A stretch of DNA of 64,000 nucleotides from Octopus vulgaris (Eukaryota): assembly GCA_951406725.2 (NCBI GenBank), contig OX597833.1, positions 28,582,001-28,646,000 of the forward strand, in the 5' to 3' direction. Shown one piece after another: positions 13,300 through 25,800 of this stretch. The notes beneath the pieces were generated by a model that was not told the DNA's origin, ran no database searches, and worked only from the letters and a program-made list of their open reading frames with translations. Each line of letters starts with the position of its first letter. The stretch's first letter is position 1. A program made the translations under genes and the position numbers.

Positions 13300-14236
13300 T
13301 GAAATTTAATGCTTGTAATTAAACGCATAAACTATCAGAATACTCTACAATAGATTTATTTATGATTGTTTGTATTTTACATAATATTCCCTATAAGATG
13401 TAAGAATCGTCCATTTCTCTGTATGTGTGTGTATATATATAATATATATATGTGTGTGTGTCTTCATGCCTATAGTTTTTCACAGTTCAAATGCAAGATA
13501 ACTCATCTTCCGGTCTCATCCCTCCATCAATTATTTTCTGCCTGAGACATGTCTAGCTAAAACCATAATTATTGTAATATTTCTTCTATCAGTGGTCCGC
13601 CATCGACGATGGAGGTAAATATATGTAATGTGTGTAATTGCTTTTTACAGATGTTCGTTAATCTCAGCTATTTTACCATGTCTTTATCTAGGCTGGAATT
13701 CACTCCATTTAAAATACGCACACACAGACATAAATCTCAGCTATCCGTGTACGTATGTGTGTGGGTGGTTAATGTCATGTTTGTTGATGAATTCTGATTT
13801 GAGAACTTTATCCTATACTCCATCCAGTCTTAAACATGCACATGTTAGTAATATAATTTTTTGGCTCACCGATTTAAATATACATTCCTTACTTTGGCAA
13901 TTCATAAGTGTGGAAATGAGATTGTGTAGACGTGCAATGTCTTTCTCAAGGGCATTAGTAACTGACAGTAAATCGGGTAAATTGTTAAACAACGACGAAA
14001 CTGGTCAGTTCGATCCCCGTTTTAAATTGTTGCAAAGATCCTCGTGGTCCTAATTTCACTGCTAGATTTAAATGCATTGTACACACGTGTGTATGTGTGT
14101 GTGGTATGTAAACCGCATCCCTCTTCTTCCCTTCCCAATTCATGTCGACTTCAAACCAGCCATGATTGAACATCAAAAGCCATGTGGTGTGTTCAGTTGA
14201 AAATAATTTAAGCATAGGTTAAAAAATATACATACT

Positions 14237-14276
<40 letters not shown>

Positions 14277-17200
14277 GCACACGTATACCACTACTTTTTA
14301 TCTATGAACTCACTGAACCCATTCACAATTAGTAAGCTTCATACTACGTCTCTTAGTGTCTCTTCCGCCCAGACACCACCAGCCATAAATCACCTGAGCC
14401 ATGTGCCATTCTTTATATAAAATTTGTATTGTGATGTCTTTTGTATTCAGTTTTAAGTTAAAATAATGAACCTCGAAACGAGCTTCTGATACAATAGACA
14501 TTTAAACGATGCTTTGAGTTAAAATTAGATAGATTTACGTTATAACAAAGAATTATCTAGACTAGACATGATGAGAATACATATTTTTAGTTAACGCTTT
14601 CTCCATGTTCTTAAATTTTAGAGATATCTAAGAACAGGATAACGCAAAATTTATATTCACTAGGATAGTCTTGTTATATTGTAAATTTTATTCAATACAG
14701 CATTTGTGTTCATTGAGTATTTAAGTTTAGACATTAATTCACTGTAAACTACTATGAGTTTCCCCGTTTCAATATATTTTTAATTCGGTTTTAGTCATGT
14801 GTGTATGATGAATTCTTTGTAAATTTCTGTCAGCTTACATACACCAAATAAATATCAATGTTTTGTGACTATTCATAGCAATTGAAATTATGATTTTACG
14901 TTATCGTTTTAAGTGTGGAAAGGGTAATCCGACGCTCAAATGTCCATATTGTTGATCTATGTAGCATGGAGATTTAGGAATCATCATCTAAAGATTTTGT
15001 ACTGGCATATAGTTGTGACACCCGTTTTTAACACTTTTGGAAGTTAGAGCGGATTAGGTTTATTCGGGATCGATTTAATATTTCATTGTTCCAGGGATAA
15101 AGTAAATTACGAGTCAAGTAATAGATGTTTGGAAATCTGTATCTTTGTATACTATAGTAGAATCTCCACTTGTTTAGAAAGGGCACTGGTGATAGAGCGG
15201 GAAACAAAATGCCATACATTTCGTTGTATTTCTCTATTTTCTTATTTCGAATCCCGCCAAAATCAGGACTGTACCTCCTATGCTCTGATTGTCAAATACT
15301 GATGTCGGTATAACCGACAATAGCTGTCTTCCATAAATGCTCGATTTTGTACTGTCTTGTTAGAAATCGATATGAATGAAAATATAATCCTGCAACATTT
15401 GTACAAAATTTAATATGCCTTCTAAAATATTTTCGTCGATGTCTCCCCATGTCTCACTTCCTCCACTCTCTTGAGTGTGCACAAAAACTACTCAAACTGA
15501 AAATAGTTACGTAGTCTGTTTATTGGGAAGCTGAAATTTCAAATGTTCGATTCTCACCTTCGGACGTGTATGTATGTACACACACACACACATATACACG
15601 TACACGAGGAAGTGATGGGGAGATAGTTGTCTGTCTGTATGTTATATACACACACGCGCACAACATTCATATTCACTTTTTTTACAACTTGAGAAAAGCA
15701 TTTTCATTCAATAAAATATGCGAATAATTAACTTGGATATATTTAGAACCAAAGAATTTTTAGTCTTGACAGGGTTATTTAGGCGCGAATTTCTCTGCGG
15801 ACATCTCACAACAGAAGCAACCTTTAGGTAACGGAAGGAAACCAATTTCTTTGGACAAACCGCTAAAAATTCAAGACTTATAAAAGAGTTTATTGGTTAT
15901 AGTCTACCAGCTATTCTAACTATTCTCTCACATTAATCATCTCCATATTGGCAATGTGAAACCACCACGTGACCTGACATATTAATTGTCTCTCTTGAAT
16001 CACCTGCTTCTTTCTCCTTCCTCCTACCATTTTCTACACCTTTATTGTTTTTACTTTCTCCCCCTCCAATCAAATTATTATCTCCCACCTTGAATCTTGC
16101 TACTCCAATCATATTCTTTACTGTCACCACATCCACTCACTGTACTCAATTTCGTCTTCCTCTTAACAAAAGCCATCATCACTAGAAGAACCAGCTTCCA
16201 TATGGTGATGAATTGGTCTTAATGATCTTGATTTCATCTAATTTAAAATCACTTCCAAGTTTCAGCTTTGATTTTATTCAGTGCAGCCCCATTCGTAATA
16301 ATTCCAGTGATATTGATCAAGATGTAGCAAATTTTCTGTAAATTCAGCTTGCGATGCGGTTTCAATCCTTCTGTATGCCTAACGACACTTCAGATGCCCA
16401 CCACCTCTCTTCTATAGTATTTTGACTTCAGTTTTTATTCTTGCAGAAGAGAAAAGTTCTCAAATCCCATGGCTGTTTTTAAAAGTAACAACTGCTGTAA
16501 TTGTTTATGATTTAATGCGACCGATAACAAGCATGAACATCAAAACATCTTATTTCTCCATGTGGCTCGTTTTGGTTCTTTATTGAAATGGTTTATAATT
16601 TTTTTTTTATTGTAGTATAGAGAAGCGACGTTAATTTTCCTTTGTTTAACAATTTTCTCATATCTAATAAACCCCTTTTTTTAGTATTGCTTCTCATCGA
16701 AACTCTTCTTGCCCGCATTTTCCCTATAGACACGTTAATTACATCAAGGTCACAAGCTAACGTGAGCGCCTCTTTGGTCGGTTGCTCGATTTACTGGTAG
16801 TAGTTTCGCATCTCATCTCATGGGTTTTTGTTTCACATTCGGCTATTTCTCTTTGTTATATTCCCGCTCCACCAGTTTCCTTCGCTTTATGCGCAGCCAC
16901 ATAGCTCCCGCAGTCGCTCGACCTGTTAGAAATAGCTGCAGATCCCCTCAATGCTAAAGATGAAGTCTATACCTTTTTTATATACACTTTTTCAGTTCCA
17001 CGTTTAATAATTTTGGAGGGAAAGTCCCCAGAATGAAAGAACACCTGAGTGTTAAACATAGTATAAGGGAAGAATTTACCAGTTCTGACCTTTGGAACGA
17101 GATATCTAATTTTCGTATGGTATTGTACAAATATATTGAAATCCTGAAGCAAATACTGGCGAGTGTCGGATTGTCTGCAATACTTCTTAGTGTCGTCGTA

Positions 17201-20200
17201 TTTTAATGTGCCCTTGTAAAAGTTAAGGCATGAAAAGTGTTAACTCAATAAAATGTATTTTCTGTATATGTACGCTGTCTCAAAAAGTATTATGTTTAAA
17301 TTTTTTTTACAAAAGTGGGCACTGTTAAATGTAATAGAAATTACGGATCGAATATATATTGAAATGATTACAATTTTACAGGAAATTTGATTTGCAAAAT
17401 AAATAAATAAAATAAATTTAGCTCTACGTCTGTTGAGGCATATACGAGAATAAACTATTGCCTGTCCTACATTGCTATCATAATTTTGGGGCTAATGCAG
17501 TTTATACAGATGGAACTTAAAATTTCGGTTTTTTTTACCTTGTCCTTGTTTTACTTTCGTTTCACTCGAAACTTGAATGAAGTACGGGACTACTATATCC
17601 TTCCTTTGATAGGGGTATATATATGGATGTGGTAGGGAGAATTTATTACCATCGTCGTTTTGTTGGATCCTCCCAAAGTTTATAAGAAATATGGTCTAGC
17701 CGTATGTGGTATGATGTTAGAATTACAGTTCTGTTAGCTACTTTTGTGATTGGCCCAAATAACAAGCCACCTGATCTGCTCCATTTTTTTATTATCAATG
17801 TTAGAATGGGTAGTAAGGCGGTGAGCTGCTGGCAGAATTGTTAGTACACCGGGCAAAATACTTGGCTCTCGGGGTCGATGAATTCGCCTTAATCTCTCCA
17901 CCGAAATTGCTGGCCTTGTGCCAAAATTTGAAGCCAATATTAGAATGGTTAGTGTACGACAGAGTGCCAGCTAAAATACATAGCGGTATTTATGTCTCGC
18001 ATATGGTTCTAGGCTCAATTCCTAGACGTCGACGGTGTCGTTCATCCTTTGGTCAACACAATACTAGTCATGTATTGGATTGATTTGATCAACTGTACTC
18101 TACCCACAAATTTGGAACTATCTGCTAGAAATAATTATTTAACGGCAATTAATAGGTCAGTGATAGACGAAAAATATCTTACGGTATTTTGTTCTCGGTA
18201 TCCTGAGTTCAGGTCTTGTTTAAATTAAGTTGTCATTCAGTACAATTTATGCACTACGACTGTATCTTTCTATCGTAAATTTGTTAACAGTAAAGTTATC
18301 ATTCACGTTGGACTATTCCTGATTATGAAATTAAAAACGAGAGACTTCAACCATCTCGACCCGTCTTACATATGGTAAGATTCCAAATGTTGGTTGAGTT
18401 CCTGCAGTTCTTGGTTGTTTTCAGGAAGGTATATGAGGAAACACTACGAGAGGCTAATAAAATCTTCGTTGATTATGCGATGTTGCTGCTAAGCTTGGAC
18501 TTTTAAAGAAAAGCGTTTCTTGCTGTTGTCACTGTTTTGGTGACAAGATTTTAACCGGGGGGCTTTGTATCAACTTTATTCTATCACTTGTGTTATTTAT
18601 GGTAACTTGAGAGAAGTGATGGTCGTGTCGGGTATATGGTCAATTTAAGCACTTCCCTTTTAAAGTATCAAAAATTTACTTTGGAGGATCGAAGTTTGTC
18701 AGTCTAACCCGTTATTGCTTGATTATCATCTCCCACGCTCCACTGCAGTTGGATATCGCCTTATCGGAAAGGAGTTGTGGCACCTTTTTGTAGGTGCAGT
18801 GTAGTAGAATAGGTGAAATAGTGAAGCAAAAGATCGAATCTGGAGCATAGGCTTCTTTCGCTGGAAACTTTTTCATAGCTGCCATCTCTGAAACAGTGGC
18901 ATAAAAAGCATAAATGAGGGTTACTTGAGTATGTGGTGGCAATGTATGGTATTGGTGCAGGGATCAAAATATCCCGTTCGTAATTATAACAGATCTTATC
19001 GTTTATCTCCCTTCGCAACAGTTTCTGTGGCCAATGAGTGTTGACCTGCTAGAAATATTAACTGATTTCTCTCATCTTGACATTTTAAGATGGAGACATG
19101 TTGGTTCTGGATAGTGATTCAAAATTATAACTTTATAAGACACTTGTAAGTCTGTTTGATCAGAAGCTAAAGTTACATCTGAGAAATGTTAAATGTATAT
19201 TTTGATATACCTATCTACAAGGTTTGGTTGGTTTTCCTATCTCACCAATCAGAATCACCAATGGTTGTGATGAGACAGTCCACTAACCAGAGGCCGGAGA
19301 CAAATAATATTAGGGTTTTTGCTTTAAATATATTACAGGTTCCATTTGTTTTACTTACTCGCTTTTATTTAACAAGGTCCACTTTTATCGGATTCTTTCA
19401 ACTTCACACTCACTTCTCATATGGTGAGTACCAATCAGCACTCAAGTTGTAAGTCTAAAATCATTCCTGAAGCAACACAACTAATACCATACTTTTTTTT
19501 TTGTACATACTGGACTACATTCAATGTTCATGCAAGTCCTGTCAGAGTGGTGTATACATGTACTGTCATGTTAGTGAGGAGACAATGTACAGATAGGTCA
19601 TGTCAGTGTGGTAGTAGTCATGACAATTGTATTCTAGATGTTGTATTTCAGACAACATAGTCTACTACCTTTAAGAAGTAGGGTGTAGTTTGTGAAATAT
19701 TTTGATATGGTCAGTAAAATTAACAACTATGTACTGTGTTCCCTGTTAGCTTAAGCTTTAGTTATCAACGAATTATTTTAAGCCTCTCTCTTTTCTTTAA
19801 ACAAATATAATAATAGTAAAGTAGACAGTTGATGCTGTGTGGTTTAAATGTTTGCTTTGCAATCATAAGGTTTTGGGATTTAATACAGCTTGCCCAAGTG
19901 TCTTCTGTAACTCTAGCCCAGTCAAAGCCTTGTGAATGGATTTTGTTGGCAGAAACTGAAAGAACCCTGTCATATGTTTGTCTCCATTCTAGACATGGGC
20001 TAATTCTAAATAAATGTTACTGTTATACATGCAGTGTCCATTTGTTTGCAATTTTCAGTGAAAACACCCTGCCACTGTGCTATCCGTGTTTGAAGGACTA
20101 GAGAAAATATTAACTTGTTAGAAAACCTGAGTTAGTAATAGAAAGAGCATCTAGTAATAGGAAATCTACCTTATTGAATTTTGCCTGACCCATTACAAAC

Positions 20201-20809
20201 ATGGAAAAGTTTATCAAAGCAATGGTTCAGTCAACCATGATGTTCAACTCTTTTTGATTCCAATCCTTAAGGCCGTTCTGTTTTTATGATACATAATGTT
20301 TTTCTCTCGTTTCAATCACATAATGAGAATGTTATTCAAAACACCCAAAATCACGTTTGTCTTTAAAAAGAATACATTGAACAATACAATCCTAGATATC
20401 CAAAATTGCAGGATGATCATAATTGACTTGGGGGTGAGGGTTTAACAAACAATTGTTATAGAGCTATCTGAAACAATTGATTTTTTTTATGAACAAGAGT
20501 ATTTCAGTTAAAGATCTAATGTATTCTTTTTTAAGGTACTAAGATGGATGTGATCGGAATGAAGTCGAGTGACCATGTAGAGGTTCTCTCATTGACTCTA
20601 AAACTGGTTGCGAGGTAGACTAGGAGATGGTCAGGTTTCAAGGTTAGTGTATTGAATCCTGATCTAAGTCTTAAAACTCTGCTTAATCCAGTTTGCTTTA
20701 CTGTTATAAAACCAAGCTGCTTCTCTACTTAAAATTGAGTAGTTAATTGTAACAAGGAAATCATCCGTATACAATATATACAAGCATAGGAAAATGTCTA
20801 CAAAATGTA

Positions 20810-21420
20810 AATAGCAGTGCTATATGGCTGTGACTATAGAGGACATGGAAAAGCTTGAGAAAGAAATAAAGCCAATATGTTCTACTGGATTGGTAATGTC
20901 AGTGTGCATGTACAGCAGTGTAAATGATTTAGAGAAAAAAACGGCTATAAGAAGTATATGTAAAATGCAAGAGAGAAGGCTGTACTGGTATTGTCATGTG
21001 ATGCGTATGGATGAAGACTGCTGCATAAGGAAATACCAATCTCTAATCGTAGAGAGGACCTGTGGAAGGGGTAGACCCAGGAAGACCAAAGTGGTGAGAA
21101 ATGATTGCTAGATGCTGAGCCTCACAGAGGAGATAAAGGGACTATAACATCGGGCAATTTGCTCTATGTCAAGCTGAGTAAAATAATGGTCACACATATA
21201 GGCATGTCCTCTATGACCATGCCCACCCCCAAATCTGTCAAAGCACCCCTACAACCCATCTTCCCAACATCACTGTTCATTTCACTATCTATGGTCACCC
21301 ATTGTAGGCCCCTCCACTCTTCCTCATGTGCCTCTACACTCCATACTGTAACATGTCTATCATACCAATCCATTTTCTCTCACCATCACTCACTGGTTAT
21401 GGCTTCCCTGTCTTGAAACA
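20810..21420 (+). mobile_element. Decayed RTE 3' fragment inside the hnRNP intron
   Basis: ORF 20824-21111 (QERRLYWYCHVMRM...RTCGRGRPRKT) is similar to 3601-4062. Confidence 0.75.
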
Positions 21421-22016
21421 TCTCCCCCCTCACACTAATGGAACATCCCTCTCTATCTTCTTTATTACATATGCTCCCCCAACTGTTCACTGTAGATATG
21501 CCTCCAGGACATCTCCAACACCATCTATTTTTCTTTCTCTGACTGTCTCTGTTTAGCTCTTTTTCCACTTCCTAAGACCACTATCTCTGTCTTGCTATTA
21601 TACACTAACTGCTTATTTCCCTCTCAGTTCAGAGGTCTTTGTCTTAGCAACCCTGCTGGTGCCATGTAAAAAAAGCACCCAGTACACTGTGAAGTGGTTG
21701 GTGTTAGGAAGGGCATCTAGCTGTAGAAACCATACCAAAACAATTGGAGCCTGGTGTAGCTCTTTGGATTGTCAGCTCCTGTTAAATCATCCAACCATTG
21801 ATGATGCAATAACAGTAATTATTACCATAGGGGTGGAGCATAACTAATTATTAGGGCATTGGATAACATACTTTGTAATATTTAGTTGTAGCCATTTTTG
21901 TTAGACCTTGCATAGGTTAACATTTTCCATTTTGTGTTTGAAATTACTATTTTTATTGTATAATCTTAGGCAAAAATTGAATTTACATGTAATTGACTGT
22001 TGTTTTTCTTTTGTAG

Positions 22017-22811
22017 GTTGATGAAGCCCAGAAACATCGACCACACTGCATTGACAGTAAAGAGGTGGAGACAAAACGTGCCATGCCACGCAATGAGGTT
22101 GAGTCACAACCGACAGTTAAGAAGCTATTTGTGGGTGGCATCAAGGAAGAAATGACAGAAGAGGACCTACGAGAGCTGTTTGGTCCCTTTGGTGAGGTGA
22201 AGACGGTCGATATGGTCATTGATAAGAACACGCAAAAGAAAAAGGGTTTCTGCTTTGTGACGTTTGAAGATTACGACACAGTAGACAAACTGGTATTGAC
22301 CAAGTTCTTTGAGTCAAAGGGTAAAAAAATTGAAGTGAAGAAAGCTCTGTCCCGTGAGGAAATGAACAAGGTCCGTAGTGGAGGCGGATCTGGTATGGGT
22401 ATGGGACCTGGAGGAGCAATGGGTTATGGAATGGGAGGTGGGGACTTACCAATGCGTGGTGGCGGTGGTGGTGGCATTCGTGGAGGTCGTGGCGGCATGC
22501 CACTTGGTCGTGGACGCATGAACAACTGGGGACCCCAGGGAGGTTTCTGTGACGACGGTTATGGTGGCAGTGACGGTTATGGTGGCGGTGGCGGGTGGAA
22601 TCAGGGCGGAGGTGGGCAGTTTAGTGGTAACGGTTATGGTGGAAGTTGGGGCAGTGGTGGAGGGGGTGGTGGAAACTTTGGCTCAAACTATGGCAGTGAC
22701 TACGGAGGTGGGCCAATGAAACGGGGCGGCTACTCTCAGCGAGGTGCAGGTCCCTACGGCAACTTCAGCGGTGGCGGAGGAAACAGTGGTGGTGGTGGCT
22801 ATAGACGTTGA
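22017..22811 (+). CDS. hnRNP A/B family coding exon 2: end of RRM1, RRM2, Gly-rich domain, PY-NLS
   Basis: Acceptor tttttcttttgtag|GTT at 22016/22017 joins in frame (AEQ|VDEAQKHRPHCIDSKEVETKRAMP). RRM2 has KLFVGGI and KGFCFVTF; RGG and GYGG repeats; GPMKRGGYSQRGAGPY resembles the hnRNP A1 M9 signal. TGA at 22809-22811; total about 332 aa. Confidence 0.95.
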   Translation, partial: VDEAQKHRPHCIDSKEVETKRAMPRNEVESQPTVKKLFVGGIKEEMTEEDLRELFGPFGEVKTVDMVIDKNTQKKKGFCFVTFEDYDTVDKLVLTKFFESKGKKIEVKKALSREEMNKVRSGGGSGMGMGPGGAMGYGMGGGDLPMRGGGGGGIRGGRGGMPLGRGRMNNWGPQGGFCDDGYGGSDGYGGGGGWNQGGGGQFSGNGYGGSWGSGGGGGGNFGSNYGSDYGGGPMKRGGYSQRGAGPYGNFSGGGGNSGGGGYRR

Positions 22812-25800
22812 GTGAGTATCTCTGCATCAGGCTTATCTCTCAAACCCTACTACTACTACAAGATGCTACACAGTATAAGGCCAGCATGGCAATCTTCTAC
22901 AGTAAATCTACTTCTACTATTACTACTATTACGATAAAAATGATTTCAGTACTACTACTACTACTACTACTACAAGATGCTACAGTAATAAGGCCAGCAT
23001 GGCAAGTACCACAGTAAAATATCACAATTATTACCATAAATATATGCATATGTGTATGTATGTATATATGTGCGTGTGTGTATGTATGTATATATATATA
23101 CACACATACATACACACACAATACAGTAATGCTGCTATTATTTCCCAACTGAATGAAAGAAGACATTCTAGATACAGATATAAGGTAGTCAGCCCATTAT
23201 CATTGACTTTCCTACACCCCAAATAAGTGGCATTATATACAACTTCGCTGCTAGCATACTTACTATAATCTTAAATTTTATGCCATCTCTCCATCTATAC
23301 TTCTACATCTCACACACACATATATATATGTATGTATATATGCTGTAATACTACTATATTTTGTGTCTTAATTTTTATCTACTCTATGAAGAAACTACGG
23401 AACAATTTACGTAAGGACTCTAAGGCAGCTGGATGTTATAAAAAACTACAAACCTTTTCACTAATACAACTGAACATCTTTTGAGAATTCCTTTAAGACT
23501 TTCATTGACTTCAAAAGAAAAGGAGGAATATATTGTTGTATGTATATGTACATACATACATTCATTTAAAAAAAAAAAATCTATATCTTATAACAGTAAG
23601 AAACGAAAATGGAAAATAGAAATCAGGAAAGAAGAGAGGTAGAGAGAAGAAGAAAAGACAAGTTCTTTAGCATCTTTTAAGAAATAAGGATTTTAAATGA
23701 GAAACGAGATACATTGCAACAACACCTCTCTACATCAGTCTATGTATATTGTATATCTATATTATATATATATATTTATATATATATATAGAACTCTATA
23801 AAATTTAAGTGGGAAGAGAAACTTTTGTATGTAGGTGGAGAGATAAAGTTACACACTTAAAAAAAAAACCTGTCAGACATATTTCCAACATAAACTGTAT
23901 TTAATTCTAAATCTACTTCATTTAACTCCTTTATTTAGGTAAGGACACATCTGTTATTAATATCATTAATATTATAATTATTATCATCATTGTTTGACAC
24001 AATGTCAAATGGAGGACATGCTGGAGTTGTTTCTCCTCAGTTTGCACTCGTCAGTAAGCGTTATGTCCTTAAACAAAGACAGTCAACTTAACTCGTTTAA
24101 GGCATCATGCCAAATTAAGAAATCATAAAAATTATTATTTCTTAAAGTAATTATGCCCTCATAAAAAAATTCTATTATTTATTATGACTACTACTATTAC
24201 AATTATTATTACTATCCTAATAGTACATTTTGTTTCTTTCCATAATTCATGAAATATCTACTAGTAAGTTCTGAATTTCCATTGTATATTTTTACTTTCT
24301 TTTATCCTCTCTAGTTTTCCATCATCAGTGAATAAAAAGTATTTGTTTGAAACCTTAAGTAGTTCTAAGTTACTCAGTATTGTTTGTTGATGTTTTACCC
24401 CCAACTTCATCTCTATGCCACACCCTTTTCCTCTTTCTACAGAATACCCAGATAAATAGCAAGTGGTTGAATGATAGAGCATTTCTTTGCTTGTGTGTAC
24501 AAGACACAGGATTTGAATCTATTGTAGCTATGGAAGATATTTATCTGCATGCATGTGTGTATCTAGACTGGGCAAATGTAATTATGTTTTTGTATGGGAT
24601 AGTTCTGGTGGATAGATGTAGAGGTGTTTTTGTGTGACCTGGATGGATGTACTGGGATGTGTGTGAGTGGATTTGTTCAGGGCAGGTATGTGTGTGATAT
24701 ATGTATACTTGTGAGTGTAATTTAAAATATTTAAAAAAAAGTAGCTGGATGTCAGTAAAGGCTTTACTAAGCTGACTTTGTAGACAAGAAGTCTAACATG
24801 ATATCTCAATTGTTTGTCATGGTGGATATGTATCATTGCTGCCTTCTGATTGCCCAAGTGTGTGAAAGTGGTGTAAGCTGCTTTCTTAGTACTCTCTTAA
24901 GGGCTTTACTATTAAAATAGCCGTCAACCAATAGATGCGAGTAAAATGGCTCCGGCTAATGAGTGTTTCAAGTTCATGACATTAAGTAGATGAATGCTAA
25001 TATTGCTTTTGGACAAGGCAACAATCTGCTGCAGATGACCTATCAATTTTATTACTGAAACGTTTTATGCAAGGATGCAATGAAGGGCTGCTGTGAGTTT
25101 GATCTTCAAACCTGAACTGCTCAAGGAATTATTACATTATTTATAAAGGATGGAGGATTAATTTTTATTATTAATTTTAAACTATAACTTTCAGTTGTTA
25201 GTTGGCCTATGTCAATGGGTTTTTTTGTTGGCTGAGGCTTTAATGAATATTGTGTCTGTTTTCTGTACCACAAGTCTTTATATTTAAGGTTACCTGAGGT
25301 AAACCTTTGTTAGTGTGATAGCACAGACTTCCCTTCTTTTCCATGCTACTTCCAGCTAAGCTACATACATACATACATACATACACACACATATGCACAA
25401 CCTGTCTGTACTGTATAGTTATACTTGTTGTTTATATAAATATTTTATATATAAATGTGTGTGTTTTTATTTCACTACCATTTTCATTTTTCTAGTGCCA
25501 TTGCAGAGATTGCCAGTATAGAATCAGGCAAGTGTGTTCACTCCTTCTTGGAGCTGCTTTTATAAACTTTCTCTTACATGCACCATCTTCCATATCACAG
25601 TTTTCTACTTCAGATTTTCTTTCTTTCTCCCCACAATTTTGCATCACTCAATCTCTCTGAGTTTCTCTATCAATATAAATGATAAAAAATAGCCTTTTCA
25701 AATTGCTTTCCATTTCCTCTTTCTCTCTTGACGTAAGCTATCGTCTTCCAGTTGTGATTGAAGTTAAGATACTATAACACCAAAGCTCAATCCAAATCAT

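Noticed and set aside
18470-19020. Possible decayed LINE or gene fragment in the hnRNP intron
   Set aside because: No diagnostic motif could be read in any frame.
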